A stretch of 64,000 nt of DNA from Mytilus trossulus (Eukaryota): the NCBI RefSeq assembly GCF_036588685.1, contig NC_086378.1:84878001-84942000 (forward strand). Direction: 5' to 3'. This document shows positions 62,280 through 64,000 of the stretch, one piece after another (the stretch's first letter is position 1; each line of letters begins with the position of its first letter). The position numbers were made by a program, and so were the translations under genes. A model generated the notes under the pieces. It ran no database searches. It was given only the letters and a program-made list of their open reading frames with translations, and was not told where the DNA came from.

Positions 62280-64000
62280 CCCAAATAAAACAGATTATTG
62301 AAGACTGGAAGCAAAATGATCGGATGTTTATAAGCACCAGAGCTGCAAAGCATGTACTAAAATGTATAATGACGAACAGTTGTGTAACAATTACTGCTAG
62401 CTCTGGTGTAGGGAAAACAGCCACTCTTCGACATGTAGCTTTAAAGATGTCCAATGAGGGATATGATGTTTTGCTTATAACAGATCCCGGTGACATTGTC
62501 AAATTTTACAATCCAAACCAGAAAACATTATTTGTTATTGATGATTTGTGTGGAAACTATTCTTTAAACCATACTGACATAAAAATTTGGGAACCTTTCA
62601 TAGAACGGTTAAAAGTGATACTTCAAAAACAAGCTGCAAAAGTTATTGCTGCATGCCGTTTACAGCTGTACCAAGATTATAAGTTTGAATCGTTATCCAT
62701 TTTCAAGTCCTGTGTGTGTAACCTTTTATCAGAAAAAATGAGTTTGTCAAAAACTGAAAAACACATGATAGCTGAGTTATATCTTAAAAGTGAAGCTCCT
62801 AAAATTTCTGAATTTTATGATCTATATGATTGTTTTCCACTAATATGCAAACTATATCATGATAAACCTAATTTGAATATTACACATTTTTTCCAAAACC
62901 CATTTTCAGTTTATGAAGCAGAGATTGAGATACTACAAAAGAAAGGATGTTTTGCAAAGTACGGGGCTTTGGCCATATGCATTATGTTTAACAACAGATT
63001 GCAGGATAGATTTCTGACAGAAGACGTGGATATCAAAACAAGAATTATTTTTGAGAACACTTGTGAGGCATGTCGATTAGAAAGAGGAACATCAAGACTA
63101 CTTCTAAAAGATGAACTTGATTCACTCATAGACACATTCATAAAGAAAGAAGGAAATGAATACAAAATTATTCATGATAAAGTATTTGACTTTCTTACCT
63201 TTCATTTTGGACATAAAATAATGCAATGCTTAATTAAGAATGCTGACAGTGGTTTGATTATGGAAAGATTTTTATTAGAAAGACAGAATGATATGGATCA
63301 GTTTATTATAATTGTGCCTCCCAAATATCATCAAATGTACATAGAAAGAATGATAGAGGATTGGTCAAAGGGTATAGTGAATGATGTATTCTGTAATATT
63401 AATATGACAATTCCAGCCTTTCGACATTTTTTTCTTTCTCAATTGGATCAACTTAATACATCCTATCAGAGACAATTAGCACACATTAATGATTTACATA
63501 ACAATAATAATGCGCTATTGATGTCTTGTTTTTATGGTGATATTCCAATCATTAATTGGTGTTTAAAATATTGTGTTGATATTAATCAACATGGTAATAA
63601 TAATTCAACACCATTGCTTGAGGCTGCTGGTGAAGGACACACAGAAATAGTTACAATGTTATTAGAAAGAGAAACAGATGTTAATAAAAGAGACAAAGAC
63701 GGATGGTCACCACTAATGAGTGCTTGTGAAAAAGGACACACTGAAATATCAAATATTTTGTTAGAGAAAGGAGCAGATGTCAATAGATGTGACAATTATG
63801 ATTGGTCTTCTGTAATGTTTGCTTGTTACAATGGACATACAGAAATAGTTAAGATGTTGCTAGACAAAGGAGCATATTGTGATGAATGCAACAACGCTGG
63901 TTGGTCACCTCTAATGTGTGCATGTTACAACGGATATGCTAAAATAGTAAAAATGTTGTTGGACAAAGGGGTAGATTATAATACTTGTTCAATAGATGGT
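62280..64000 (+). CDS. Exon 4 (runs off the window): nSTAND3-type P-loop NTPase, helical region and first ankyrin repeats
   Basis: Acceptor TTTCAG (62278-62279), phase 1; AQIKQIIEDWK...ASSGVGKT...LFVIDD; no stop found through the window end, which is why it is absent from the ORF track; co-linear with 8063 onward. Confidence 0.9.

Overview
AT-rich animal genomic DNA. The repeat families suggest a bivalve, probably Mytilus-like; this is an inference. The window holds two tandem paralogs of an NLR-like gene: DZIP3-type HEPN, then a coiled linker, an nSTAND3-type P-loop NTPase and an ankyrin array. The upstream paralog is a pseudogenised terminal exon (8063-12623). The downstream paralog is an apparently intact 4-exon gene (22210 to beyond 64000) whose ~30.8-kb first intron is packed with nested transposons. 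The most striking signal is a Penelope-like retroelement with an N-terminal GIY-YIG (Naiad type, minus strand, ~49505-53020). Its only in-frame stops are four TGA codons, all at conserved-Cys positions, and a canonical type II SECIS lies ~50 nt after the true TAA stop, so it appears to be a selenoprotein-encoding retrotransposon. Also present: two different tandem arrays carrying hammerhead ribozymes (355-bp and ~570-bp units), a Penelope-like element with a C-terminal GIY-YIG, an inverted 5' piece and a minimal hammerhead, a four-level TE nest (BEL/Pao > L1/Tx1 > CR1/L2-like LINE > TIR element), a non-autonomous CACTA, HINE-like elements, MITEs, and a minisatellite built from the exon-1 end and splice donor.
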